Below are positions 44,208 to 58,048 of a stretch of DNA of 64,000 nucleotides, piece by piece. Position numbers and translations under genes: made by a program. The notes beneath the pieces are model-generated. The model did no database searches. It worked only from the letters and a program-made list of their open reading frames with translations, and was not told the DNA's origin. The DNA lies in assembly GCA_964016885.1 (NCBI GenBank), contig OZ024743.1:41664001-41728000 (forward strand). Reading direction: 5' to 3'. The DNA is from Eledone cirrhosa. Its lineage: Eukaryota. The number at the start of each line of letters is the position of its first letter. Within the stretch, counting starts at the first letter, position 1.

Positions 44208-44210
<3 letters not shown>
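42861..44210 (+). mobile_element. 5'-truncated Penelope-like element (RT thumb, GIY-YIG, pLTR with minimal HHR at 44065-44099)
   Basis: SLSLLDFQL...FYKK....LFVHFRSALP; IVYRLECDKCSNFYVGRSTRPL; CCT-CCGAAGA-AGAGATAtTATCTC-GAAA-AT-TA-AGG. (TA)n on both sides. Confidence 0.9.
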
Positions 44211-44239
<29 letters not shown>

Positions 44240-44241
<2 letters not shown>

Positions 44242-44552
44242 GGTGTTGGATGCTTAAAGCGTCCGTTTGCGGTAGACCGTTTGAGCACTCGATGCTCTCA
44301 TAGAGCAGAATATGATATAACAGAAAAACCTGAATCTGTGTTGCGACGATGGAATTTATTGGACATATTACAATCGTTTCTCTGGCGACCAGCTCGATTC
44401 ACGATCGATGTGAGGAATAAACCTGTCTCTGAAAATCGCAATGTCCTCAGATACCTTTGTTCTACGAAGTAGATGTTCCTTAAGGGGAAATGATTGTAAT
44501 ATGTCCAATAAATTCCATTCGTCGCAACACTAATTCTCTTTTTTCTGTGATA
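44240..44552 (-). mobile_element. Family C element with a long-stem-II HHR (44365-44454) and an inverted arm (44485-44552)
   Basis: GTAT-CTGAGGA-cattGCGAtt...ggTCGCcaga-GAAA-CGATTG-TA-ATAT. Confidence 0.7.
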
Positions 44553-45178
44553 TATATATATATTATTTAAATACATATATATAGAGAGAGAGATAGAGAG
44601 AGTGTGCAAGAGAGAGAGAGAATTAGTTATTTGTGCAGATAAACATGAATATAATTATATAAGTAAAAGTACATATTAGTCTTTAATATCTGATAGAATA
44701 ACCGAATCCGTTATCAAACCATGTAAAATATTTAAGCAAAGCCATAGGTTAGTGTAGAGTAAGTAAGACCATATACATTCCAAAGATAAATATGTATAAT
44801 ATAATTTTTTTAAATGTTTAAACATTCTAACACAAGAAGAAGAAGAAGAAGAAGAAGAAGAAGAATTGTGCTTCTCGATGAAATATAGAAGGCATCGCTA
44901 AGCTAGAGCCCCTCTCGACTCGGACGCTTTAGCTGTGTGTTTTGGCTAGAGCTTCCATTGGCATTGCTGGGCCTCGCTAGTTCTAGCTTTGTGTCACATG
45001 ACTCACTATTTAGCCTTAATAAAATGAATATTTAAACTCTAGTTCGGCATTGAGTTCTCTTTTCTCTCTTCCGTCAACGATATACATACATACACCCCCA
45101 TATATATGTATACACACACACACATACACACACACACCCGCACCCACACACCCACACACACATACATACATACCCCCC

Positions 45179-45237
<59 letters not shown>

Positions 45238-46312
45238 GTTTCTGCCCCTAATTCTTACACTCAGAATGACACACACAATCACATACACAATTCCTTTCCC
45301 ACCACAATCATGTTGCTAAAAATAGTCCCTCATTCCAGTCACAATATTCTTATATTTTCTGCTGTAAATTGTTATTTCTCCAATGTTATTCATACATTTA
45401 ATCGTTATGTACACATGTACATATATCCAAGATGAGAATTATTAAAATAACAAGAATTATTAAAATACCATTTTTATTCCATTCCGTCAGACAATAATCC
45501 ACATAAACCGTAGGGTTTCTCTTATACAAACAAATAATTTATCAAAATGAAATTACCCAGTTTGTATGATAGTTCGTATATCCAGTAATCCCGGTATATA
45601 TGGTATACCAACGCTAGACTACAAAATTTAAATACGTTCACGGATTTTGTCGTTAATATTGATGGCACGGAAACTCTAGTATATATATCTCTCATGTATT
45701 ATATTGCTTATCAACGCTGAATTTCTTGTAAGATATAAAGTCAAATTCATTTTATAGGTATAGATACGTGGACTTGTGTAGGTCTCACACAATCCTTAGT
45801 AATATCTGTTTCGTTATTTCCTATAGAGGACAGTAGTGGATATTTTAACCGAAACAGACTTCCGCCCATCTCGACGATGGGCTTTCGAGTTGATCAACAA
45901 TAGAACATCAAGAAAGAATAGGCTGACACATTGAATTGTATTAGAGTCCAACCGACTGAGTTCCAAATATTTTCCATCTCTCAAATTACTCCCACAATAC
46001 ATGGCTTAATTATTGGGATAAAATATCTGACCCAATCATTTTCGCGTCTTCTACTCAGACATAATACATGTAGTTATATATTAACGACTGCCTACGTTGA
46101 AACGGTAGGTTATGAACTCTGTCAAAAGTGTTATTGATGGTTATTTCTAGCAATTTTGACCACACATCAACTAATCTAGTTAAATAGGATCCTTATCCAC
46201 AAGGTTATTTACAATATTGTCGGTGATTGCCTTTTAATATAAAAATTATACTTCGACATATTCAACTATCTTGACACAAACACATGTATATATATATATA
46301 TACCATTAAAAG

Positions 46313-46402
46313 GGATTTGAGGAGCCGTGGATTACAGTGGTGGGCTAGATCAATAGAATTTGAATCTTGAGCTCATCAGTGGCGAAACGTGCTTCGCCAA
46401 CC
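46313..46402 (+). ncRNA. Degenerate long-stem-II hammerhead in a TA-flanked insert (46303-46550)
   Basis: GGaT-tTGAGGA-GCC...TGGTGGGCT...AGCTCATCA..GGC-GAAA-CGtgcttCG-cC-AACC. Confidence 0.5.
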
Positions 46403-46551
46403 AATAAACGTAATGAAGGAGTAAGCCCTCGTCCTTGTTTTATTTTACTATACTACACTCTGTCTAGCTCTACACATCGACACAGAAGCGAACCTAAACA
46501 TTGAGTGTTCACTCGGGTAAAGCTACAGTAATTCCAAGTTACACTACCTGG

Positions 46552-46686
<135 letters not shown>

Positions 46687-46687
46687 T

Positions 46688-46975
46688 GATGGCAGCTAAG
46701 ATGCTTCCATAGACGGTATGCCGGTTGAGCACTCTATGCTCTTACAGAGCAGAGTATGATAGAATAGAAAACGAAAAATCAGTGATGCATCTGAACTCAA
46801 TTTATTGTGCGTTACAATTGTTTCGCCGGCGGACAGCTCGAGACGCGGCCATTGTGTGGATCTGTTTGATTCTGGACCCGCAGGTTCGACGGACACGTCT
46901 AAGGATGTTGGAGCATATTCTCTCAGAGAATATACTCCGAGTTCAGATGCATCACTGATTTTTCATTTTCTATTC
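46688..46975 (-). mobile_element. Family C element with an HHR-like motif (46809-46896) and an inverted arm (46938-46976)
   Basis: GTGT-CCGTCGA-acctGCGG...CCGCcggc-GAAA-CAATTG-TA-ACGC. Confidence 0.65.
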
Positions 46976-46986
46976 TCTCTCTCTCG

Positions 46987-47043
<57 letters not shown>

Positions 47044-47210
47044 GAAGTTATATTTAATTTGTTGGGATACAACAAGCAAATATTTTTATAACTGTATAAT
47101 AGACGAATGATAGAATTAGTAACCCCACTATCCGGGAGCTTCCAACCGATATGGTTGCATTCTTTAAGGGTATGTCAATATTTGTTTATAAAACTGATCT
47201 ATATTATATT

Positions 47211-47264
47211 TTATCTGATGAAAGCGCACCATAATTTGCTTTGGTGTCCTTGAAATATGTATAA
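47211..47264 (+). ncRNA. Hammerhead-like motif in a TA-flanked insert
   Basis: TTAT-CTGATGA-AAGcGCACCA taatttgctt TGGTGTcCTT-GAAA-TATG-TA-TAAT; the stem I register is off by one. Confidence 0.55.
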
Positions 47265-47311
47265 TGAAATAAATATAGTTTTATAAATATAGTTTCCATT
47301 TGTTAATATGT

Positions 47312-47362
<51 letters not shown>

Positions 47363-48864
47363 ATATTTATGTATTTATATATATATATAAAGAACCCATT
47401 CGATCGCAAATGAACATGGGTTTTGAACTTAATTATTTTTCTCTGAGGCATAAATACGGGCAAGGTTGTTTGTGGAAGACCAGCAGTCACCCATTAATAC
47501 CTGCCTCCCCTCTCCACGCCACCGATGTTGTCCAAGGCAAAGACAATGCTCGATATAGCAATTGTGTAGCAATTCATTTCTACAACTCAGAACACTGGAT
47601 CAACGTGAAATAAATAAGAAGTAGGAACGATCATTAGGTTCGATCTGTATCGATCGGACTCGATTCTGGAATCAATAGCTCATGAGAATTAAAGCTTTAA
47701 AATATAATTCATTCAGCTGGGGTGTTCTGTTGTTCTATGTTTGATTGGATGTTTCCGGACAATAAGTATAGGAGAGGTAAGAAGATAAAAGGAGAAAGAA
47801 CGCAAAAATTAATGAGTGTGGAAAAGAAAAACGGCAATGTATTGTGGCTAAGAGAGAGGATTGGATGATATGAGGTGGTTATCAATCTAATAGTGGACAG
47901 AGATAATTAGACCATTAATAAAACATCTTACCTATTTCAGTTACTTATTAGTCTCGGTTACAAACATAAACACGCACGTACACCAGGTCCGAACAGAGAG
48001 GAGCCGAACTCCAACTGTCATCATCTCCGTCTCTCTCGCCCTCCCCATCCCTCACTATTATAAGCAAATGGGGTCCCACGCGCTGGTGGCCCTCGATTCT
48101 GGAGGACAGAATGGGGAAGGCATTTGCCGAAGTGTGGTGAGGGAGATGCACTTGACGAGCCATTCTATCTAGCGAGGCTCACACCTGCGGCTAGACTTCA
48201 CAGCACCTATGGTGGTGAGTAGGAAGGTAGCCCTATGGCGAAAAATACCAGAAATCTCCACTGCTAGGGTCTTGACTGCAAACCAGACGGAGAGCGACTA
48301 ATATTTTGTGAGAGATAGACGAAGATTAGGGGTACGCTTGATAGACGGTGATATTTAAAATGCCATAGAGGGGATGTAAGAATAAATGGGAGGCAAGAGA
48401 ATAGCAAGGAAAAAAGAGAAGTGAAATGGAAAAGATGAGTGGGAGAAAACGGGGAAAGTAACAGGAAGGGGAAGGGATATAATGTCAAATAAATAAACAC
48501 CTAAACATAACAAAACAAAAAAACATCATGGGGTGATGTGAAATAGCCAGCAAGGGTAAATAAAACATCCACTAACGAATCCAAGAATCTGATGAGATAT
48601 TGATTCCAGAGCCGGACACGATAGATACAGATCGAACCTTAAGCTGATCAATCGTGATATGCACGTAGTACCTGAATAAACTTAAGTATGATACTCTGAC
48701 ATATATTCCCAAGTAATAACTAATATTACACAGTGCTTATGAAGGAAACCGACCATAGTATAACGCTAATTGTATAACACTCGGTACTATAATTAGCCAT
48801 ATTCAGCTATACATCGTATACTGAAGTTGTTGAATCACCAGTAACATAACGTTACAAACCATCA

Positions 48865-49017
<153 letters not shown>

Positions 49018-49035
49018 TATATATATATATATATG

Positions 49036-49255
49036 TATAATCAAGGTTTAGCAAATGAGAAAAAGTTTCAAAATAAATTTTAAAAAGTTAACTCTACTCA
49101 CTATGGTTAATTTTGTAAAATTTATTTTGAAACTTTTTTCTTATCTGCTAAGCCTTGATTATATATGTTCTGGCTCGTTAATTTATTAACCTGCCATTGA
49201 ACCACAATGGCATATGGTTGGAAATACATGCGTCCCTAAGTGGTTTGTGCGTGTA
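49036..49255. mobile_element. Head-to-head fragments of the 485-nt HHR family (see 15898-16438)
   Basis: 49036-49109 is the reverse complement of about 16367-16440. 49110-49255 matches about 15910-16050. Confidence 0.8.
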
Positions 49256-49333
49256 GATATATATATATATATAGATAGATAGATAGATAGGTAGATAGAT
49301 ACATATATATATATATATAGATAGATATATATA

Positions 49334-49476
<143 letters not shown>

Positions 49477-49536
49477 TATAAGATATATACATATATAGAT
49501 ATAAGATATATACATATATACATATATATACATTTA

Positions 49537-49592
<56 letters not shown>

Positions 49593-49604
49593 TGTACATA
49601 TGTA

Positions 49605-49709
<105 letters not shown>

Positions 49710-49726
49710 TTATATATATATATATA

Positions 49727-50515
49727 CTCTTAGTACGGATGTTACTTAAATATAAGTATGTATACGTACATACATATATGTATACAGACGTACAGTAGTA
49801 TGTATATATATATACATGCATGCACACATATATATATATATATATACGTATGGATACATCGAACATTTAATATAATGCTCGGTGTGTTTGTAAACAAATG
49901 AGCAACGATGGCTGCTATACACTGTACGGCTTAATTCGGGATGTTTGTTTACAAATACACCGAGCATTATAATAAATGTTTGGTGAATCCACACGTACAT
50001 ATACATATGTGTGCATGTATCTCTCTCTCTCTATATATATACATACTACTGTACGTCTGTATACATATATGTATGTACGTATACATACTTATATTTAAGT
50101 ATCAGCCCTACAAAGAGTGAGAAATGAAATTTCGTTTCGTTTTTTTCCATTTATCGTTTTCGGTGCACACGGCCGATTATGCAAATTAGGCTGCTCAGCC
50201 GTTAATATGCATAAGTAAAGTATATACTTTCAGACGTTCAATCATCTGGCAGGAAGGTATACGTTGCTGACGATAGCTAATAAGCTTGAAACTGGTACAT
50301 TGTTCCTTTAGCATTGTTGAACAAATGAGCAACGATGGTTGCTAGACACTGTACGGCTTAATTCGGGATGTTTGTTAACAAACACACCGTGCATTATAAT
50401 AAACGTTCGGTGAATCCATACGTACATAAATATATGTGTGCATGCATGTATATATATATATATACATACTACTGTATGGGTGTATACATATATGTATGTA
50501 CGTATACATACTTAT
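49727..50515. mobile_element. Family B element: inverted piece plus a 427-nt partial tandem; HHR at 50261-50303 (+)
   Basis: CACTGTACGGCTTAATTCGGGATG at 49920 and 50347; ACGTTG-CTGACGA-TAGCTaataAGCTT-GAAA-CTGG-TA-CATTGT. Confidence 0.85.
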
Positions 50516-50538
50516 ATATATATATATGTATATATATA

Positions 50539-50746
50539 GGAAAAGAGTCATGACCCCGACGGCTGAGCTCCGGCCGTTTCGACAGCTAGGTCGGAACTAC
50601 TGCTTTAGTTCGTATCTAGCTGTCGAAACAACCGGTGCTCAGCCTTCGGGGTCCTGACTCTTTTATTGTTACCCACTCTACTACCCTAAGTATCGAGTAC
50701 TCTGGTGCGTTATGGTCCACCTCGTTCCTTACCAACCTTTCTTCAT

Positions 50747-50747
<1 letters not shown>
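50539..50747 (+). mobile_element. Family D element: 124-bp GC-rich hairpin built from two hammerhead 3' halves
   Basis: Arms 50541-50599 / 50606-50664. Each arm reads ...AGCTGTC-GAAA-CGGC..GCCG-TC-GGGG (right arm decayed). The tail is homologous to 59117-59215 on the minus strand. Confidence 0.7.
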
Positions 50748-50797
<50 letters not shown>

Positions 50798-51629
50798 ATA
50801 TTACATACTTCGTAGGCCATATGCAATTGCCTACCTCTACCATTCATCTCTATCAGGTATTGGTGGTTAAAGAAGTAGTGACAGGTATATCCTCTCTCAT
50901 CTTACTAGGTTACTTGCCGACAATTTTACACTACCATAAATGTAATGTGAGGAAGAAAGAATAGATAGTTGTGAAAGAAGTGTTAAAATATTATAAACAA
51001 AAAGAAATGAATTAAATTAAAGTTTACATAATTTAAAGGGGTATAATTAAATTAGATAAAATTATAAATTAATAAAATATTTAATAGTAAGTATGAGGTT
51101 TAAGTGATCTAGAAGCAGTTTATGGAAAGACACTAGACCATTCTATCCACCACTTGGAAGATGCTCTACTACAGCTCAATGGAGTCAATTCATGTGTCCA
51201 ATAACCTAGGCCGATGCGATGCATGCCCTCAATGATTGAAACGTCATTGAGGAAACTTTCGATATAAACGAGGATATCCAGGGTGCAGTTTGGATTGTTG
51301 GAATGTTCTCCACGGTTTACGACAGAGAACAGTAAAACCAATCGAGATCACCGGGTCACTGTATCCAACTGATAAGAGGCTATTAGAGAGAGATGTAATT
51401 TGTATAGACTGACCCAAAGTAAATTAAATTAAAGATAATTATAAAACTTAAAATAAATCAAAATACGGTTAGAAACGTTACAACATACCTTTAGGTTACA
51501 ATATAATAAACTATAATAGGAGAAGGAAAATGAAACAGTATGATGCAAAATATAAGATATAAAAAGCAACTTGTGGATAATATGTGATTATACAAGAAGA
51601 ATATAGAAATGTACTTATAATATCATTAT

Positions 51630-51890
51630 TATTTCTACATTTGGCACAAGGCCAGCAATGAACCAGTACATTACTGGTACTTTATTTTATCGACCCCGTA
51701 AGGATGAAAGGCAAAGTTAACCTCGACGTGATTTAAACTCAGTCCGTAAAGGGACGTAACTGTACAGCAAAGCATGACATCCAGCCCTCTACCGATACTG
51801 CAAATTCACCGTATTGTACTGATAATATAATTGTTTCTACTTTGGGAACAAGGCCATCAAATACCCAGTGTATTACTAGTACTTTATTTT
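51630..51890 (-). mobile_element. SINE family 2 plus a second 3' fragment
   Basis: Same core as 21045-21230. Confidence 0.8.
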
Positions 51891-52177
51891 GTACTTATAA
51901 TATAACACAATAAATTAACATGATATAGTGCAAAGGATTACAAGGAAATAAGACCAACGAATGTTCTAACTCCTATATTAAATCACACACATCAACTAAA
52001 TTTCCTCAACGTTAAATTCCGTAAACCAACTCGCAATAATTAATAGCGTGGAGGAAGCAGAAATTATCAGGCTGCCTCTGTCATATTACATTGTTTCTAT
52101 ATAATAATAAAAAAATACGTATATACTCAATCATATATATATGTTCGGATCAACCTGTCGAAACAGCTCAACCGTCA

Positions 52178-52295
<118 letters not shown>

Positions 52296-52311
52296 AGAGT
52301 GTATATATATT

Positions 52312-52342
<31 letters not shown>

Positions 52343-52363
52343 GTATATATATATGTATATATG

Positions 52364-52394
<31 letters not shown>

Positions 52395-53062
52395 GTATGA
52401 ACAGATTGTATATATGTGCATGTTCTTATCTATATATCTATCTATTTCTCTCTCTCACTCTGTTTCTCTCTCCCTCTCTCTCTCTTTATATCTATCTCTC
52501 TCTCTCTCTCTCTCTTTATATATATATATATATATATATCTTGCATCGCATTCCATACTTACCTATCTCAATCATTGTAATGGTTGTGTGTCTATGTATG
52601 TATCTAGTGATCTCTACATTCATTTAATTCTCATGAAAAAACTGGTAAAACATGAGCTGTGAGCTGTGCGCTGTGAGCTTTCTTGTTCGTGACTTGATTA
52701 ATTAAAAATCCTCTTTTACGGCATAGGAAACGTCTCATTATTTCGTGACAGTTTAATTAAAACACCTTTTCTATTTCTTAATGCAAGTTTGTTCCATAGC
52801 AAAATGTTTCAGCCTCTGCTAACTCTATTATGATTTTATTTAACAGTGAACCCTATACACTATTTTGTAGAATCTTCCTGCTTCGTTATAGTTAAAAGTG
52901 TTAGAACGCCTAACATGTACAAATGACGATGCAAGCAAAACAAAAAAATATTTCTCTTTTTTTCCTATAAAGATCCTGCAGTATCCGACTGTACAGACAC
53001 TTACACATATATAAAGAGAAATACGGCTACAAGCACAAGCGTAAACACATTTACACACACAC

Positions 53063-53129
<67 letters not shown>

Positions 53130-53584
53130 TAGATCCACAACAGTTAATTTACCATTCCCAAGAAAAATGATTTCACCTTATTCGGATCAACAGCTCGGTT
53201 TAAATAAAGTATGATATATATGAGAAAGTTAAAGCGCCTTCAAATTGTTTTCCCTTTAGAAATAATTGTTTCTACATTTGGCACCAGGTCAGCAATTATC
53301 CCAGTGCATTACTGGTACTTTAATAAGCCCACTTAACGGGGAAAGAGTGGACATTAGCTCCTGCGGGACTTAAAACCACAGCTTCATGCTTCTCGTCAGA
53401 AATGCAAGTAAGAATATGTGTCCTTAAATCTCCCATGTGCAATGTCCATTTCCACGTATAATTCGGGGTTACCCGCGCACTAATTTTCACTATTTTACTA
53501 TAGTAAAAAAAAAAAAAAATTATGAAGCTTCAACTTTCTCATGAGTTGCAAATTTCACTTCTCATTTCTAAAACATATACAACA

Positions 53585-53878
53585 ACTGGCACTCGGTTGC
53601 GACGACGAGTATTGTCGTTGACACTATTAGTGAAAGATCTTGCTCATGAAATTAAGTTGCAAGTGCCTGAGCATTCTAGACACACGTGCCCTTAATGTAG
53701 TTCTTAGGAACATTCAGCGTGACTCACAATGTGACATGACTGGCCCTTTGAATTACAGGTGCAATTCATTTTTGCAAGAGGGTGGACAGAAATTATGTGA
53801 AATAATGTGTCATTCCTAAATAGCCAACGGAACTGAAACTCACGTCCTTACGATCGTGTGCCGAATTCTCTAACCACA
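53585..53878 (-). mobile_element. tRNA-derived SINE (family 1-like)
   Basis: Minus strand GTGGTTAGAGAATTCGGCACACGATCGTAAGG..GTGAGTTTC, similar to the head at 18488. Confidence 0.7.
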
Positions 53879-54389
53879 ATATTAATTAAGAATAATAAAT
53901 AAAGGGAGAATTATCACCGGAAAAAAACAAAAAAAATTCTGTAGAAAAAGCGATTTGAAAAAATTGTAAAAATATATTAGAAAAGAATAACAATACGACG
54001 CAGCAAAACTAATATAAACATATAAATAATAGTACAATAAATGAAGGGGAGATATGTTATCAAAAGTATTTTAGATTAATAAAGTATTAAATAAATCGAA
54101 AAGTAAATAAATAGATGAAGTTATTTACCGTTGTCAGCCCTGGGTTCAGCCACTTGTCGCTTGTGACGATATCTTTGTAAAGTGCCATAAAAGATATTCA
54201 TACATATGTGGCAATGGAAAACCATCTACAGACACATAAAATATACAAATACATACACTCCTAAAGCGATAAGGAAAGTGTGAGACAAAAAGACCTTCTT
54301 ATCTAATTTATTGCTGACCGCTTTACCTAAAAAGAGAAACAGTAACGGTAAAAATAGACGCCAAATTGAATGTCTTTTATCCCCCGATT

Positions 54390-54605
54390 AACCTGCCCTG
54401 CAATTGCAGAATTAGAATAAACAGACCATTTAAAGGAAATTGTTTAATTAACATTGTAGTTTATCAATGTAATCTCATAACCAACAACTGATAGACGCAC
54501 ATTGGAGTAACAGCTAATTCTCTCGAAACAAGAATTAATTCTCATTCACACTCATTTAAACATAGTAACCGGGTGAATACAACTCCACTAGCTATTAATC
54601 AATAT
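54390..54605 (+). pseudogene. PLE GIY-YIG endonuclease fragment
   Basis: CNCRIRINRPFKGNCLINIVVYQC...HIGVTANSLETRINSHSHSFKH. Confidence 0.7.
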
Positions 54606-55093
54606 AATCTTGGGAATATCACATTTTTGTGAGGAATTTAGTAACACCTGTGGTTTTAGCATATTTATACACAGAAACATATGCTCATTTTTACAGACAT
54701 GGAAAATATACGCATACACACGCATTCATATGTGTTATATTAGTAGGTTGGCTGTACGTTTGCCGTCAGTCTGTTTGTGCAGGTGTTTAGCAAACCTGGC
54801 TCTAGCTTCACGTGTGTAAACCATGCATAACCATTCATGACAGTTAGCTATCTGAAATGTGAAAGGATGCTTAATGTTTTAGTGTAGCTTTTAGTCTGCC
54901 CCGCTTAAAAGTTCTCCATTAGCAGATCGTGCATGAGCGTTTCATTATTATATATCATCAGTTTTGGATTTCAAATGGATGTTTAGCGATAACACGCACA
55001 TCTAATAATTAAGAATACAATCTTATATCATTCACATATATGCACACACAAACACACGCACACACAGACACACACACATAAGTGTATATATAT

Positions 55094-55152
<59 letters not shown>

Positions 55153-55499
55153 ACTATAGGCATACATATGAGGAAGTCCAACCAAAATCGGTTTTGCTTA
55201 ATGAAGGAATTAATAAAATTAATTTATCAGAGCATAATAAAATCATATTTGGGAAAAGAAAAAAAATAACTATTTACCTTGATGTTCCGACTGCAGTTTC
55301 CTAGAGTCATCGCGGTTTTTGTCACATTATCCGCATGACGCAAGAACCTTTAACGTTAGTGCGAATAGTAGACTTTTAAAAGGGGTAATAAACGAACCAC
55401 TATCAGTTATGGGGGTCATTATATATGGATGTAACTATCGTCAGTGAGCCCAGAGATCCGATATGCACGTGCTAGCCCACATTTTTGACAACTCTTAGT

Positions 55500-56360
55500 C
55501 TGCCTCGAATGGAAGCCAGGGAGGTAATGTTGTTTAGGAAAGGCCTGGATATCGAGGTACGGACGAAGTTTTTTGATCTGACATTAAGTCGGTGATATTG
55601 GACTTGAGCAATAGGAAATATGGTGCCCTTCGGCTGGTGGACATCTACGGCTTGATCAGGGCTAGACGGCCGAATTTATTTAGGTTGCATTGGCAGGGCT
55701 AAGGAGTGTGCTGTAAGGAACGAGGAAATCCAAGTATCTTTGTGCCCGAGTGACAAGCACATCGTGACAAAAAACAATTCGGTCTTTGACTGACCGAGAC
55801 GGGTGCGTGTTGGTTTATTACGCGTAGACGTGTGCAGCTGTTCGCTAGCATTTTGCAGAACTCTTCGGGGAGAGTGGTGCGTCGCTGACGGTAGGGTACT
55901 TCATTTCTAAACTAGATTGCCTGCTGATACATTCAGAAACTGATACTGAGAGCTGCGAAAGACCGATAACAGCAACCAAAATTCGGAGAGCCCTGGCCGA
56001 ATATACGATGCGCAAATCACACTGTTTGGATAGTCTGCCCTATGACCTTTACGTAGATGCCACACATCTTCTCCGATGTTCTCCGATGTTTTCGAAGCCG
56101 CTTACTGAAACTGATAGATGAAAGGGGGAATAGCTAGTTCTGTGAGTCAGGGTTCATTAACGCTGACGATGAAAGAAGAGGGAAGAGTTTAAATAACTTG
56201 AAGCCCATAACTCTGCTAAACACAAAGTTTAAGATTTTACGTTAGCAACCAGGTTGTCATTTGCTGTCGTCGAGAACCTGGTAGGAAAGACGCAGACCTC
56301 CGCAATCCAGACCAGGTTGACACAGGTCAAAGTCCATCTCCTGCGATACATCATACACAT
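55500..56360 (+). mobile_element. Degraded L1/Tx1-type LINE fragment (endonuclease end to RT start)
   Basis: CERPITATKI...KSHCLDSLPYDLY...NNLKPITLLNTKFKIL. Confidence 0.6.
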
Positions 56361-57904
56361 TCCACCAATTTAGATTATTTAAAGACTCACATGTCCTCAT
56401 ATTTTTGACTTCGTATTTACAAGCAATTATAGAACTTTTGTTCTTCTGCAATACGTGTATGCGCGAGATTTACACCGTGTTATGTAATACTCACACGTAG
56501 GAGATAATTGACTTCCTATCTATTAGAATACCGACATATATTTATCATTCTGAATAATCAGCGATCTAATATATTCTATAAACCATATATAATGTAGTTC
56601 TAATTGCAAACAACTCATTGAGTTAATGTATATTACAATCAAATCTTAATACAGCGGATCACTTCAATATCCTGCTCCAGTTAATGAAATAATTATTGAA
56701 CTAAACGTTATGATGTATATGCCATCATAGTATTTGAAATGGAATTGGCTGTGGATAGATTCTGCTATAATAGACTTTATACCAGAATGGAATCCAAACA
56801 AAAACGCTAGAAATTATTTACGAGGTTTTAATCATTTTATTACTTTATGAACGAAATACCTCAGGAATTTGAAAGCCTTTAAAGATTAATCAAGAAATTA
56901 AATGGATTTTCTAATATAAGTAACTTTCTCATGGAATGCGTTTATATAAATATAATTACTTTAAAAGATATATTTTATATATAATAGAATCTGTGGCGTT
57001 TTCTTTTGAAAGCTGAAACACTTCAATCATCATCTACACGATTCAGGATTTGTCTACGCCTGTTTTCTATTTCTATATGTGTATCAAGCAACACATATTC
57101 TGCTGATAAATGATGGATATTCTCTTACTTTCGAGAATGCGGATTCAGTTCTTTGATCAACTGAATGTCTGACTCTCGAATTATAGTGCAGGTGATTGAC
57201 TATTCTACAGACTTGAGTACACTTAATGTTTTCTCAGGTAGAATCAGCTTGCTATAATATCCTGTATGAGTGGATATTTGAACTAAAGAGAGCCTGTACT
57301 AGACAGGCTGATGCACAGTTTCGCCTCTACCCAACTATATTCACAAGGCGTGAATTGTCCAGAGGCTGTAACAAATACATTAACTTAAGTTATCTCGCGT
57401 GGGATTTGCCTGGAATCTCACGATCTCAAAGCAACCTTCTTAAGAATTCAGCTATGTTTGCTTTTACATGATCATAAATAGCTATAGGCAAATTAATATG
57501 CAATCCTCATACTTAGAAGGATATACACAGTCCACACGTTAACTAAAATAGAGATGAAAAATTGTGTGGGTGACCGATATTGATATTTTTCACTGTGAAC
57601 ATAAATCCAAAGCAACTTGAATGTCTAAATTATCAGTCCCAGAAAAGTTGATGTGAGGTTTACATATCCATAAGCACACCAATGGTAGGTGCAACAACAC
57701 TATTAAATAAAAAATAAAAAAACGACAATTCATAAACAATCTAACAGTAAAAGATTTTTTATTTTTTATTCCTGTCACATCATCTCACAGAATTGTTGTT
57801 GTTGTTGTTACAGCTCACACCTATGCATGTCTAGCTGGCCTCCTCCAAGGTATATCTCGTTGGGGGTGTCTTTGGTGATTTAATTATAGGGAGCCCAGTC
57901 CTAT

Positions 57905-58048
57905 CATCTCATCTCTACAGCTGAGTAAACTGGAGCAACGTGAAATAAAGTCTCTTGCTCCAGGAAACAACACATCACCTGGTCCGAGAATTGAACTCAC
58001 AACCTTTCGATTGCAAGCCCAATGCTGTAATCACCAAGCCATGCTCCT
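57905..58048 (-). mobile_element. tRNA-derived SINE (family 1)
   Basis: Reverse-complement match to 18477-18590: GGAGCAACGTGAAATAAAG...GAACTCACAACC...CACCAAGCCATGC. Confidence 0.8.
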
